63,659 bases of DNA, filler included, from Lenisia limosa (GCA_001655205.1; 15 parts of 15 records of this genome joined end to end with filler, not necessarily neighbours in it); one strand, 5' to 3'. Positions 13,537 to 26,352 are shown, counted from the whole stretch's first letter. Notes: a model not told the origin generated them from the letters alone. Numbers and translations: made by a program.

Positions 13537-16500
13537 ATGGCAGCACCGCGATTTCTTACGGATAAAGAGATTGAGGCGAGTTATAAGTATGAGTCCGACT
13601 ACAGGTTTGGGGAGTCTGCTGTGTACAACTCAGTGCATTGACGCTACCTGCATATATTATGTTTATAGCTTGAAAGTTATTATGAAAATATTGGATGGGG
13701 CTCCTCCCTTACTTGTGTGTATCATCATTTTGTAGGGAACGACAGGAGACTAACAAGTCATCTTACTTGCGTTTTCAGGAAGATGAAGAGTCAGACTCCG
13801 ACGTAAGGGTTGAAATAACTCTCTTTAACGTTTCCACAATTTGCTTTGTTGACACTTTTTCCGTTATTGAATTATATTGGCTGTTCTTCCAATAAATTTT
13901 ACTCATGAGAAATATACCCGTTTTACAAGAGAACATTCATCAACAATAACGGATCACGACGTCATGAGGTTGTTTGTGACTCTTTAGAACCCTGATATTC
14001 CTCGCGGCGTGTTAGGGCAGGTGTGCTTGGGGTGGTCAAATAATGTAGACTAGAGGAATGGTTTTATGCCACATGTTTAAGTGCGAATAAATATTCCTTC
14101 CAATTACCATTTGCATTTTTTTTTTTTTTTTTTTTTTNNNNNNNNNNNNNNNNNNNNNNNNNNNNNNNNNNNNNNNNNNNNNNNNNNNNNNNNNNNNNNN
14201 NNNNNNNNNNNNNNCAAATCCTTGCCCACTTTACATGCAGATGAGGGTTGTTCAACGTGAAAAGACCAATGATGAAATGTTCGATGAGCTGAATAGTCGG
14301 GCTGAGTCCAGTAGGCTGAGTGAAGAGCAAAAACGAAAAGAGGAAGTGGTAGGTTGGGAGTGGTACAAATTATTTTTTTATAATTGCACGTTCATCTTGG
14401 TGTTTTAATCTCTTTCGGACATGTGGCTAATGTCTTAGGATGCGTATCTTGAAAAAAAGAGGCAGAAAAAGGAAGAGAAGAAAGCAAAGAAAGAAGAGAA
14501 GAAGTTCAAGAAGAAAGAAAAGAAGTGGAAGAAGGAGGAGCAGAAGGCGATTGAAGAAGGGAAAGCTCCACCTCCCCCTCCCAAAACAAAGTATGTTAAA
14601 TTTAAATTTTTAATATAATACTTATGTCTCATACTCTAACACTTCAGGGAAGAGAAGAGGAAAGAAAAGGAAGAACTCGCCCGTAAGCCTGCTGCAGGTG
14701 AGGGCTTCATGAGGTGCATATTGTGTTAATTCTGGTTGATTTTTAGAGAATAAGATAAAATAGGGACATTATCAAACAAAAACTACTGTACGCACATGCT
14801 ACGCTATCTAAGGAAAATAGAAAATATAGTTTCTACAAAAAATGACATGAAATCTCTGAACGCTTCAGATCGTGATGAGTGGATGTCAGTGATGGATAAT
14901 GACGCCTTCAAACTCTACGGAAATGAAAAGGAGGAGGTTAAGAAGATTGAGGTTCGTGGTTTTCAATTACCTTCATTTATATGCTGTTGATATGGTGCAA
15001 ACATTCCTTTATGTCAATATTCACTGAAATTTCCTTCTCATGGTGTTTGATACCGGAGTGATGGGATGCAGCATGGGCTTGTTTGTTTTGTTGTTCTCAA
15101 ACCTCTATGTTGTCAGCCAACAGAGTTGATTTTAGACTTTTTTTGTTTCATAAATTTTCCAATTTTACCTCCCCAGCGACCGGACCCTGACGCACCCGCC
15201 CCGGTGTCATCTCGTGAACTGAACCCTGTCATGTCGCAAACTAAGGAGGCTGCAGGTACGCAAACGCCGATATAATAGGACAACCTTTCAAGCTTCATAT
15301 TCTTTGCGGAAATTTTTGAACATACACGTAGTACATACTATATTAGTATAGTATTACGTTACTTAGGTTTCGAGAGATTTCCCATTTTTATTTGTTTCTT
15401 TTCAGCCCCTTTTGAATTTGCTGAAACCGGAAATTTCCGCGAGAGAGCTCTGAAACGTATTATTCAAAATGTGGGTTCATGACCTCATAATTTGGTCCTT
15501 TCAAATGCATTCCAGTCTTTTGTTGGCATTGCTACTCACTTTGGGCTTCTGCAAATTCTTAAATTGATATTTAACAGTCTTTTTGCACCAAATCATTAAC
15601 CAATTAGGCTGAGGAAGAAGGATTGGATGTTGATGAGGTTATTCGTGAGCGCTTTGGAGTAAGGGGGGCTGATTTGGCTCAAGAAGACACCTACTGAGAT
15701 TAAGGTCGATTTTGATTTTATTGTTAATGACTTCGCTTCAAGGACAGTTTTTTTAGGAAATCAACTTATTTACAAGGAAGACGCTTCTATTTCAGCAATC
15801 AAAGAGCAGTTCCGTTCTCTCAAGGCCCAGAAACCAACTGTTGAAAATCAGCATGTTGCTGCCGCCCCAAGAAGGTTGGAGGAGTTAATAGTTGTTTATA
15901 TTGAGCAACCTTTCTTGGATATGTCAGCTGTTGCGGGATGCAATTTGGAATACTATTATTGTGTTGTTTTGACTTTTTTAGTGTTCGAGGAAGCCGGTAG
16001 GGTAAGGTTGCCTGAAGCCGAAGATATTATAATTATCAATCAAGAATTTCCTTTAAACTGCCTATGTTGTGATTTGAAGCTTTTAGTTTCGTTTCACATA
16101 ATATTATCTCTTACTGTTTAGCCCCAGATATGAAGATAGAAGAGGTGATAGAAGAGATGACAGAAGGGATGACAGAAGAAGTGATAGGAGAGATGACAGA
16201 AGAGATGACAGAAGAAGTGATAGGAGAGATGACAGAAGGGATGAGAGAAGAAGTGACAGAAGAGATGAGAGGAGAGATGAAAGAAGACCAGGAAGAAGAG
16301 CAACCCGGTATGAAGATGAAAGCAAAGTTGGACAAAAAGATGAGTTTGGGCGTAGTACTGAGAGCCGTAGGAGTGAGCGCGATAGTCACCGGGGCTCCCG
16401 AAGAGAGAGGAGGTAGGCCCTTTGCTTCTTCAAGTATGTTTCCTTTCAATGTAACTAGTCAATGAACATGTGAAAACTGAATCACACCACTGTTTTACAA

Positions 16501-19456
16501 GAATTCAGTGATAATGATAATCCGCAGTCTCCCTTAACTTTCGTCACATATTTAGGAGATCACGCAGTCCTCGAGGCAATACCACACGGTATAGCTGACC
16601 TTTACTCGGATATAGTTCTTTAAAATAAGACATACTAGATATCATAATAAAAATAGCTCACTGACCATTCATCTCATACCTAGGGCGTCCCTACGGTCCG
16701 AAAAAGACTGGTAAAATATCGATATTTATCGAGGAGTTATTGAGAATTTCAGTCTTTTTTGGGCCGAAGGGAAGCCCTACCAATACTTGATATTGTTTTA
16801 CTCCCACTAATTTCACCAGAACTCGCGGCTATGAAGCGGACGAGGACTTCGACTGGCAAGAGGTTGAGGCCAAGGAGTAAGGGGGCAATGCTGAAGAGAT
16901 AAGGGAAACCAAGGAATGCGTATTGCAATTCAATTGTTTCTTATGGAAAAAGAGTGGAGTTTCCGATTTTTGAATCATCAAAGTCCTTTGATCAACAGCT
17001 CTTTGTTGAGAAGAGGAAAATAAACTGTATATCATATACTAGTAGTATACTAGATATCATATAATATGTGTACATAACAGTATTTTATATTTTGTAGGCA
17101 TCGTCATTGCCTCTATTTAATCCCACGTGTCTTTTATATCGTTTTTGCAAGTCAAGGCAATATTTATTTCGAAAAGAAAAGAGGGTAACGAGCTGTACAA
17201 AATAAACACAGATTAGGTAGACTACTTATTTAAACATGGTGTAAAGCGATAATACGAAATTAATTCAGGCACATAATTTTGACGATTTCCATTCACGTTG
17301 CCAGCAAGGAAGAACGGGCAGCCGACTCTTCGGATGATGAAGAGACGAAACCTCGCTCCAGCCTTCATTTTGGAGAGTGGGATGGAATGGGACTTGTTTT
17401 ACATCAATATCAGAAATCGTTCCATATTCACCCGATTTGCATAGTAAATCTGGCACGCGTTAATACAACCAGCGAAAAGCCATTTACCCCCCCCCCCCNN
17501 NNNNNNNNNNNNNNNNNNNNNNNNNNNNNNNNNNNNNNNNNNNNNNNNNNNNNNNNNNNNNNNNNNNNNTGGATGAGGAGATTGATATGAGGTAAAAAGA
17601 AAAAGGATTCCCATCTCTTTCCAAAAAAGACTGAATTTTCGTATCAATCACTTCTCTTTGTTTCGTTTTTTGTACCTTTTCAAAACTCACTCCCCAGAAA
17701 AGAGATTGTCAAACCCATGAACACGGGGCCGGATACCACCAAGTTTGTGGGCTCACTGCCTATCTACAAAGCTCCTAGAACGCTTGAATATTTTGATTAA
17801 ATAGTGTGGTCTACAATTATCTTTTCAAACTATTTCTATCCTAGGTTATCTCCCTGAGTTGTTTCGCTGTTGGATTGCCCCCCCCCCTCCATACNNNNNN
17901 NNNNNNNNNNNNNNNNNNNNNNNNNNNNNNNNNNNNNNNNNNNNNNNNNNNNNNNNNNNNNNNNNNNNNNNNNNNNNNNNNNNNNNNNNNNNNNNNNCGT
18001 ATCTTCACATCCCCGCCCGCGGACGCTTGGTTGACGGCCACTGCCGGATATCGTGGATGGACCACGAGCCGCAGAGCATCGAGCTGGATGATGACACCCG
18101 GACCGAAATAAGAGTGGGACGGGCTAATGTTGTTGGAATTCCTGTCCCAACAAGAAGGAAACGTCGATTTTTTCGATAGTTTCAGTCCTTTTTTATTTAA
18201 GGTTTATAAATTTGTTCATAACAGATTATTATCGAGAATTCTTCTTGAAATATGGATTTATTATATTTATATTGTCTAACAGACGTTTAGAACTTCAAGA
18301 AATGTGTCCAGCAAATGTTCCACACTAAGTTGGACAAGGAAGTTGTTTTTATTGAAACCTGCACTGAGAGGAAAATCAAGAAAGTGGTATGCAGTCCACT
18401 TCTTCATTGTACTCAGAAGAGTTTTTCCATTTTCACTTGAGAATTTTCCAATAATCTGTTTTTATTAGTGAATTAAAAAGTATCTCGGAGTAGAGTATTT
18501 AAATTTATCGTGAAACAAGCAATTTTATCTATATTCCTTTATAATAATTTATTATATACTCACCTCCTAGCAACATGGCTTCATTGACTGCTTCCCAATG
18601 CCAAGGAAAAAGGACGCCCAGCTCTATTTCTTGGTATGTACATCTCCAATTATCATCTACTCTTTAATTTTTGTTCTTTCAACTGACCCTTTCAGCAAAT
18701 GCTTCAGCATGCTGATGAGGAGTGGAGTGATCATAAAAAGGTAAGTCTGCTTTTACTTATACGTCCCACTCAAAAACACTTTTTGACACAATACAGACAG
18801 TGACGAGATCACTCAAGAATATGTTTCTTCCGTTAGCAAATAATTTACATATTGTACTTCCTCTATCTCAACCTTCACCCCCAGGTAATTGAGACCACGA
18901 AGGAGCGCCCTCTCTTCAATGCAATCGCCAAGGGATTCCCTTACTTCCATGTTTCTTTTGGAGTGAATAGGAGTGGGTTTGAAAAGCAGCCTTTCTGGCC
19001 TTTGAGATTGCATCCACATTCTTCTTGTATAGTATTATGTAGTATATCATCATATCAATATATTTGAAGAAGGAATTGACGGATTTAGTCGGATATGCGC
19101 ATGTGATCGAAGATGCTGACCAGTTTTCTCACGATGCAGGAATGGTATGTTTTTTGGATGGCAATATGATTGGAATAACTCCATTTCTGCAAATTTTTTA
19201 CTTTTANNNNNNNNNNNNNNNNNNNNNNNNNNNNNNNNNNNNNNNNNNNNNNNNNNNNNNNNNNNNNNNNNNNNNNNNNNNNNNNNNNNNNNNNNNNNNN
19301 NNNNNNNNNNNNNTGCTAACCTCAGAATTGCCGACATTAACGAACTTCTCGCACAGACCAACAGGTAAGGTGGCATACATCTGTGAACTACACCACTGAC
19401 AATTTAGGTTTAAGGCAATGTTCGAGGCATATGACTGGTCTAAGCAGCTTAGATAG
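13537..19456 (+). CDS. CWF19L2: CWF19-like 2 spliceosome disassembly factor (CwfJ C-terminal domains)
   Basis: YLHIPARGRLVDGHCRISWMDHEPQSIELDDDTRTEIR|NFKKCVQQMF..EVVFIET, HGFIDCFPMP, QMLQHADEEWSDHKK, KGFPYFHVSFGVN, GYAHVIED, FKAMFEAYDWSKQLR-TAG; Lys/Glu-rich N-terminal half. Confidence 0.88.
15088..15176 (+). repeat. Dispersed repeat family C copy ending at an intron 3' splice site
   Basis: TTGTTGTTCTCAAACCTC...TGTCAGCCAACAGAGTTGATTTTAGACTTTTTTTGTTTCATAAATTTTCCAATTTTACCTCCCCAG|exon. Confidence 0.75.
16133..16290 (+). repeat. Coding 12-bp minisatellite (DRRD/DRRS) in a CWF19L2 exon
   Basis: GACAGAAGAGAT-type units; the frame absent from the ORF track reads RYEDRRGDRRDDRRDDRRSDRRDDRR... Confidence 0.8.
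16681..16779. mobile_element. MITE family A (hAT-type), 99 bp, in CWF19L2 intron
   Basis: TAGGGCGTCCCTACGGTCCGAAAAAGAC...GTCTTTTTTGGGCCGAAGGGAAGCCCTA; decayed TSD CTCATACC/CCAATACT. Confidence 0.8.
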
Positions 19457-19859
19457 CCCGAAGGTACCTCAAGTGATGTAATATAATGTTTGGTTATTAT
19501 GAATGAGCTTGGCTTCTGTAGTATTCCAGTCTTGTTCAAGATGTCTGCCTATACCCTCAGACTATACTATCAAGAACTATATTAGATGAAAGAGCCTATT
19601 AAACGTGAGTGATGGAAAACTATGGTACACCTCTGCTTGGAGCTTAGCACTTGCCGAAATCAAACTACGAGGAGTTAGTGTGGATGAAAAAACATGATCT
19701 TAGGATAATCAAACTCTGAAGAACAACTTATACCTACAAATGAGAAAAGTAACGAGTATTATTTGTGAATGTTATGAGGAAGACGGTCCTTCCAGAAATA
19801 ATCAGAATGGAAAATCACAAACATAATACTCCTCTCAAATCTGAATTGAATTAAGGGTC

Positions 19860-20680
19860 AACTCATCAATTTAATAAACCAGTTCAGGATCTTAGATAGA
19901 CTTGGCCACGAAGTGAAAAAAAAGAAAGAAAGAAGTCGTAGAGCCCCACATACTCCACAGACTGCAGCAACCAAGAAGTAGACAACAATCTGAAAAGTTA
20001 ATGGAGTTCATGGCGAGCGATAACACTAGTCATCATGTCACTTCTTTCTGTATGTCCACATTCAAAAAGATCATTATTCCACGAAAGCAAGATGGTTTAA
20101 TATGCACACACAAACCAATCTCTAAAAACAAAAAAACTGTTTGGCTTGACATCCTTTTCAAGGAAATCAACGGAACCAACAAAATATATCATTATGAAGA
20201 ATAAATAAATATAGATTGGAAGGTTAAGGATAGCAAAAAGAGAATGGCAGGGCTTTTCACTGGAAAGCCTACCAAAATAATACCTCCAATGATAAGGTTG
20301 AGCTTCATGTTCTTCCTTCAATTGTGAAAAAATGAAATAAATAGAGAAGTCCTAATATATAGTCAAAACTAACAAATACATGGATAGATTAAGTGCATAA
20401 GGGGGTCTGATAATCATCCCCACCCACCACCACATTTCCCTTTTCAATTGAGTGGAACGCTTCTGGAAGGCACCTGCCTGGTTGTTAAGGTTATCAGCCT
20501 TGTTTTGCATGGTGTCCAACTTCTCACCACGGTCGATGACCTTATCTAGAGGGAAATGGTCAGAACAGAGAGAGCAACAGAAAGAGAAACCAGACCAATG
20601 TTATCTTGCATAATGACTTTGACATCATCGACATCATTTTGAAGGTTGGCGACCTTGTCAGAAGATTGGGGCTGAGACAT
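19860..20680 (-). CDS. Synaptobrevin/VAMP R-SNARE, short brevin type without longin domain; 3' end approximate
   Basis: MSQPQSSDKVANLQNDVDDVKVIMQDNI|DKVIDRGEKLDTMQNKADNLNNQAGAFQKRSTQLKREMWW|KNMKLNLIIGGIIL|IVVYFLVAAVCG. Confidence 0.9.
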
Positions 20681-20960
20681 TTTGAGCAACTATCAAAAAA
20701 CTATGAATAATCTACTTTCTATGTTATTAAAAGGAACTTTTTTTTCAATAATAAACAACAATAGTGATTTCTTTTGCCAAAACCCAAAAAATCGATCTTA
20801 AATATGATCTATATGATCTATACTAATATATAAACAACAAAAATATCGGAAGTTTCCCGTTTTCCCGTTTGCCCATTTAGTTGTGGTAGTAGTATTTGTT
20901 TTGGTCTTTAGTATCCTTTTAGTTTAGTAACTTTTTACTTACACTTTTTGTTTCATCAAA

Positions 20961-22027
20961 ATGGCAGCCCTCCCTCGCAGAATCGTGAAAGTAAGACTCA
21001 TTTATTAATCCAAACGTAATTAACCCGGCTTTACCCCCCATCAGGAAACACAGCGTCTTCTTTCCGACCCACGTAAGCAGCTAGTCTTGTTATTATGCTG
21101 GTTCTTAAAGTGTTCTCATTATTGACACCAAAATATTCACTCTTTTAGCCCCGGGTGTGTCAGCTACTCCTTTTGCTGAAAACATGAGGTACTTCAACGT
21201 CGTCATTGCTGGCCCCATAAACTCTCCTTATGAAGGTAAGGATGAGAACGAAGAGAAAGGCCTGTTTATTATTTTCAGGTGGTATTTTCAAGTTGGAACT
21301 CTTCCTTCCCGAAGACTATCCAATGTCCCCATTGAAGGTCCGCTTCCTGACCCAGATATACCACCCAAATATTGACAAGCGTATGATGGATGGTTAGGTG
21401 TTCAGTTTTACAGTGTTTCGGGCCGATCTTGCAATCAAATAATTCCAATTCCTGTTCTTTGTATGTGGCCTCCTTATACAAGGCAAGCCTTTTCACAACC
21501 TTACCTCCATAGTTGGAAGAATCTGCTTGGATGTCTTGAAAACCAACTGGACCCCTGCACTTCAAATCAGAACAGTGCTTCTTTCAATTCAAGTTGGTTG
21601 AACTCTTGCTCACCTTTTGCATGGATCCTTCAACGGCTCTCTGATCCATTCAGGCTCTCCTTTCCGCTCCCAACCCAGCTGACCCCTTGGACACCCAGGT
21701 TTGAGAATCCGCTGTTTTCTTTTTTTTTGTATTTGCCTAGAAAGGGTTGTTTTTTTCACATATGCCCTCATGATACATATTATGTGAAATGGGATGTGTT
21801 AAACAGCTAGCTACATTGAAGCTATATTGGAGGCCTTTTGACCCTTTAGGTTGCTGATCATTGGACTAGTGACGAAACAGGTGCTATCGAGAAAGGTGAG
21901 TTGAGTGCAGCATCGGCTCAAAGTTTTTTTTTTATATAGTGCAGCATCTTCTAATGAAAGATTCAATTCACAATTTACTTTTTTAGCTCGTAAATGGACC
22001 CAAGAATATGCTACCCAAAACCAGTAG
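20961..22027 (+). CDS. UBC13: Ubiquitin-conjugating enzyme E2 N (UBC13), 8 exons
   Basis: Complete splice model [122 protein letters not shown]...[16 protein letters not shown]. Confidence 0.95.
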
Positions 22028-22729
22028 CTTCTGACACATGTTGCTCTTCAACAATACAGTCCATGCACTTCTACCATGTGATTTCAAGGGAAAACTCCCA
22101 AATATCTTGTACTTTATATTAGCAGTTATTTCTCTGATCTCTCTAAAAAGGGTCATTCATGTATTTATTGGTTTTTGTTTTTGTTGAAAGGTTAAACTTC
22201 AGGCAAAGATTGTCTTCACCCAGCTGTACGTTTATTTTTTATAAGAGTAACATATCCACAAAAAAAACCGAGAATCAAAAAAGGCTTTTGAAAGGGCAAA
22301 AAATGAATTTATTGTAAAAAGACATATTTGTCGATTTTTCGGTTCACGATTGGGTTTGAAATATATTCAGTGTTTTTATATCGGCGATGACAAAATGACC
22401 GTCTGTCTTTCAAAACAGCTATCACTGGGGTTTCGATCCCGGTCGAAAGTGGTCCTTATGAGCCTTTCTTTTTTCTTTTTATATATGTTTTTGGACCAGA
22501 ATCTTCTATCATTATTTTAAGAGACTATTTTTGAACTGAACTGTTTTCTCTTTTTATTGGACTTTTTTTTTATTTGAGGACCTTTTTGACGAGGTATGTT
22601 GTTTGTTTTATGTTATTAGTATGCCTATATCCAAATTTTCTGTTCAATAGGCATTTTTTTTCATCATAGTATTTTACACGTTGCAAATAATTGCTTTTTT
22701 CACATCTTTAGGATTTTTAAAAGAACAAA

Positions 22730-23150
22730 ATGACCCGTGTAAGTTTGGGAACAGTCTCATTCTTTGATAATGGTCATATTCTTTCTGCTTTTGTACTATT
22801 CTGTTTTATGCTTTCTAATGTTGTCTCACATGCCAGCTCTACGAGGATCTTCTCCACCCCACTGCCGCCGCTGAGGCCAAGAAGCACAAGCTCAAGCGTC
22901 TGGTACAGTCTCCCAACTCCCAGTTCTACGACGTCAAGTGCACTTGCAACGCCGTTACCACCGTGTTCTCTCACGCTTCCTCCATCATCCTCTGCTCTGC
23001 TTGCTCTTCCGTCATTGCCTCTGTAAGCATAATTTGAAGCTCTCTTTCATATACACGGAAACATGAAGTGATTTTACTTTTTTTTAGCCCGCTGGCGGAC
23101 GCTGCAACATCACCCCCGGACTTACTTTCCGCGAGAAGACCATGAAGTAG
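22730..23150 (+). CDS. RPS27: 40S ribosomal protein S27 (eS27), 3 exons
   Basis: [88 protein letters not shown]. Confidence 0.95.
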
Positions 23151-23677
23151 ATTTTTGTCTTGAGAAGTTTCAGTATGAATCCTTTTTGATTCACATTGGT
23201 CAATTGGGTATGGGATAGGAATTATGTTTATCTTTATTATTCGCAGATTCAGAGGTTGAGCTGGTTTTATAATTTGTTGACATAAAGTTATTTTTACTCT
23301 TGTGGCTTGCTCGCACTGTTTATGGATATGAGATTTGTGACGATTATTGCAACCACTCTGGACATTCTGACAACTCCCTCTTCCTCCTTTCCTCTTCTTA
23401 TTATGTGTTAAAGAATTTGTTTTAATACTGCTGCTGCCTTTTCCAGATTTACGTCACATTGACATTTGTCCAATTTTTTTTTATATATATAAAAAGCCTT
23501 TTGAACTGGAACTGGAAAGCGCAATACTGGTATAATAATGACATTCATTTGTTCTAAAAAAAATCAACTACATTCAAATCGTTCCAACTTCAAAACTTCA
23601 TAATTCCTCTAATACTTCCCTCTCCTCCTTCTGGTGTTGGTGGTCAGGGTTCCCACGAGGCTAATGAGTCAGAAAAG

Positions 23678-23777
23678 NNNNNNNNNNNNNNNNNNNNNNN
23701 NNNNNNNNNNNNNNNNNNNNNTTAATTAATTAANNNNNNNNNNNNNNNNNNNNNNNNNNNNNNNNNNNNNNNNNNNN
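23678..23777. other. Artificial contig-joining linker (first of 14)
   Basis: N44-TTAATTAATTAA-N44; the others start at 28238, 34063, 35615, 39741, 41788, 43862, 45207, 50232, 53207, 55219, 57376, 59086 and 62356. Confidence 0.98.
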
Positions 23778-23789
23778 ATATATACTATA

Positions 23790-25155
23790 CCACCCTTTGT
23801 ATAATGTTGTCTTCGTAAAACGACCACCCCATGTGAAAAGAAAACTCAAATGCAATATTGAGGTATAATAACTAATTGTTTCATTGCGAAACCATCCCAC
23901 CATATCTCAAATCCCTCTTACATATCTCAGTACATTGACTTCATTTGGATGCAATTCCACTCTAAAATGGATGACCAGAGAAAAGGTACAATAGATCTTT
24001 GCTCTTTGTGTTCCAACCATCAAAAAGTTACACAAAAACACACACACAAAAAAAAAACGTTCCACAATGTAACAAACATATCACCCCCAACAATCTGACA
24101 ACGGCCTTGAAGGCCCCGGGCTGAAGTAAAATGCCGTCATCTGCAAGCTTCCATAGAATACCGTGCGAATACTCAACTAAAGCGTGAGGGGACGAGATTT
24201 GGCATATTCCGAGAGAGGCTCCAGATATTTGACACGATTTACCATGGCTTACATGGAGGGAAACTGGATGCATCCATAGCCTCTCTGAATTCAGGTAGCC
24301 ATGAAGTCTGAATCGAAATAGGATTGGACATCACAAACGACGTACTTGTCGTGTTGTTTGGGACCTGGGGTGAACATGAGCATTGTTTGGGACCTGGGGT
24401 GAACATAAGCATTACAAACCACGAAACAAAGTTCAACTCTGTACCCTGGTTAAAAACAAAACAGAACAACCCACACAGCAGAAAAACCCACACAGCAGAC
24501 AATATATCATATTACTAAATAAATAATGGGAAGGGAAAGGAAGGAAAGAATTGAGAACAAAAAACGAAAGACCCTCCCCCCACAAGGGTTTCACGTTCAA
24601 AAAAGACAGGTAAAATATCTATGCTTTCCAGGATTTATCGATAAATTCAGTCTTTTTTCGAACCGAAGTGAAGCTCCACCCCCACCCTCCCGCAGACCAC
24701 TTTCACGACGTTCTGCTCAATGTCCCCTAATAAGTCGTCATCCTCGTTGCCACCGAGCGCCTCGAGTCTGTCCATCTCAATCAGGTCGTCCTCAATCGGC
24801 TCGTCAAAGTCAGATAGCAGCGGGTCCATGCCTTCGGGAACCACGATTGTCTCTTGCGGCGGCGGCGGCTTTGGGCCCTGTACCACAAGGTCAGCCATTC
24901 ATGTAAGCTTGGAACGCAGAATGAAAGCACAGCAGCTGAATACAAAGGAATGGAAGGAGAGTTACAAGTAGAGCTTCAGTTCAAAAAATACTGGTATCGA
25001 TAATGGTCCAGGATTTATCGAGAAATTCAGTCTTTTTTTGAACCGAAGTGAAGCCCTAGTTACAAGGTCACCCCCACTTTGGGTTTCTTTCTCGAAGCAC
25101 GGCGCCGCTTCTTCTTTGGTGGCACTGGTTCTATTTCAGCGGGTTCTGGGGGAGG
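23790..25155 (-). CDS. Hypothetical multi-exon protein (partial; 5' exons may extend to about 25950)
   Basis: Phase-consistent exons EPAEIEPVPPKKKRRRASRKKPK|GPKPPPPQETIVVPEGMDPLLSDFDEPIEDD...|GTELNFVSW|SQTTRQ|TSWLPEFREAMDASSFPP|FEYSHGILWKLADDGILLQPGAFKAVVRLLG|VELHPNEVNVLRY. Confidence 0.55.
24355..24413 (-). repeat. 29-bp tandem duplication spanning a 3' splice acceptor
   Basis: Minus strand ATGTTCACCCCAG|GTCCCAAACAA occurs twice, 29 bp apart. Confidence 0.85.
24584..24678. mobile_element. MITE family A copy, intronic
   Basis: AAGGGTTTCACGTTCAAAAAAGAC...CAGTCTTTTTTCGAACCGAAGTGAAGCTCCA. Confidence 0.8.
24969..25058. mobile_element. MITE family A, 90 bp, perfect 8-bp TSD
   Basis: TSD GTTACAAG at 24961-24968 and 25059-25066; ends TAGAGCTTCA...TGAAGCCCTA. 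Confidence 0.92.
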
Positions 25156-25530
25156 TGAAAATGAGATGTAGAAATGGGAAACCAAAGAAGGTGGAAATGA
25201 AGGAATGGTTTGTTGAAGTGTGATTTGACAATGTGGCAATTTTCCACATTAAATGCACTCAATCATTGCTTTTGCATTTTGATTCTACATTCTATCCAGA
25301 AAAATAGAACTAAAAAAAACTGAATTATAAGAGGAATGATCAAAGATGGATTATAGATATCGACAAATCTTGTGATAATAAACTAACTGAAGTCTTTACC
25401 CNNNNNNNNNNNNNNNNNNNNNNNNNNNNNNNNNNNNNNNNNNNNNNNNNTCTCAAACTCAGGCAGATGGGGGACTGGCATGGGCGGCTCTTCCTCTGGC
25501 ATGGTCTAAGAAGATATTAGGAAGCTTTGC

Positions 25531-25622
25531 ATGAGAAAAACAACAATACAAAAGTCCACGCCTGGTGAGGGATGAGAAAAATAGCAATACAAAAGTCCAC
25601 GCCTGGTGAGGGATGAGATAAA
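25531..25622. repeat. 41-bp tandem duplication
   Basis: CAATACAAAAGTCCACGCCTGGTGAGGGATGAGA at 25544 and 25585. Confidence 0.88.
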
Positions 25623-26270
25623 AATCCCGTCAAATCTATGCATTTGAAATAGTATGTTATAAAAACAGTTGCAGTGTATCGTGGCATGCCGCGTTGGTGG
25701 CAATGGAAGAGCTTATCAACAGGGCATACCACTTCCATCCTTGAATAGTGCGAACTACCAAGAGACCTTGCCCGTGAGCAAGGTAGCTCTTCGCTTGGGA
25801 GACGCGGAGTGAGTGTTGGTTTAGTTAATTCTGAAACACAATTCCTAATATAATTCTTATAATCAATACGCCAGGCAAGATGAAGGGATATGGAAGCCAC
25901 GCGCCAAAAATGGAGGAAGCCGCGACGGGCTTTTTTAGCATTTTTCTATGTTCGCCATCGATGATTATTGAGTTATTTATTGGTGGTGTGATGGTGTGAT
26001 GATTAAAAGGAAAGGAATTATTTTGGCATTTTGAAACCGGCGATTCGGAGGGTTTTCTTCACCGAAATATAGGCCCCTTTAGCAAAGCAGCAAATTGGCT
26101 GAAAAGCAATGTATGCACAGTGTATGGGTCTGGTATCGGTGTATGGTGCTTGCATAGTGGCAGAATTTAAAAAATTTTCCCTGTTCGCCGGCGGGTCTAA
26201 CTCTTTCATTTCGCCTGGGGAACTCCGATTCAACGTGCGCTTCCGCCGCCGCAGTTTTCTTTGTTGATTA

Positions 26271-26297
26271 TTTTCGCGAATTTCGCGCCCTTTGCCC
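26271..26297 (+). promoter_or_regulatory. E2F-like elements upstream of the ATG at 26353
   Basis: TTTTCGCGAA directly followed by TTTCGCGC (matches TTTSSCGC). Confidence 0.35.
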
Positions 26298-26352
26298 CTT
26301 TTTCACTCCTTTTTTGTTTCTTATACCTTATATGCTGACATTGATACAAAAT

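Noticed and set aside
16104-16465. ORF-track proteins such as MKIEEVIEEMTEG and LLSSLLS repeats
   Set aside because: Alternative frames or antisense of the DRR-repeat exon of CWF19L2; likewise X-containing ORFs and ORFs such as 29778-30314 are intron/exon read-throughs
22381-22446. tRNA-like (Glu/Sec-like) sequence upstream of RPS27
   Set aside because: Acceptor stem pairs for only about 5 bp, the anticodon and T loops are 8 nt, and there is no D-arm
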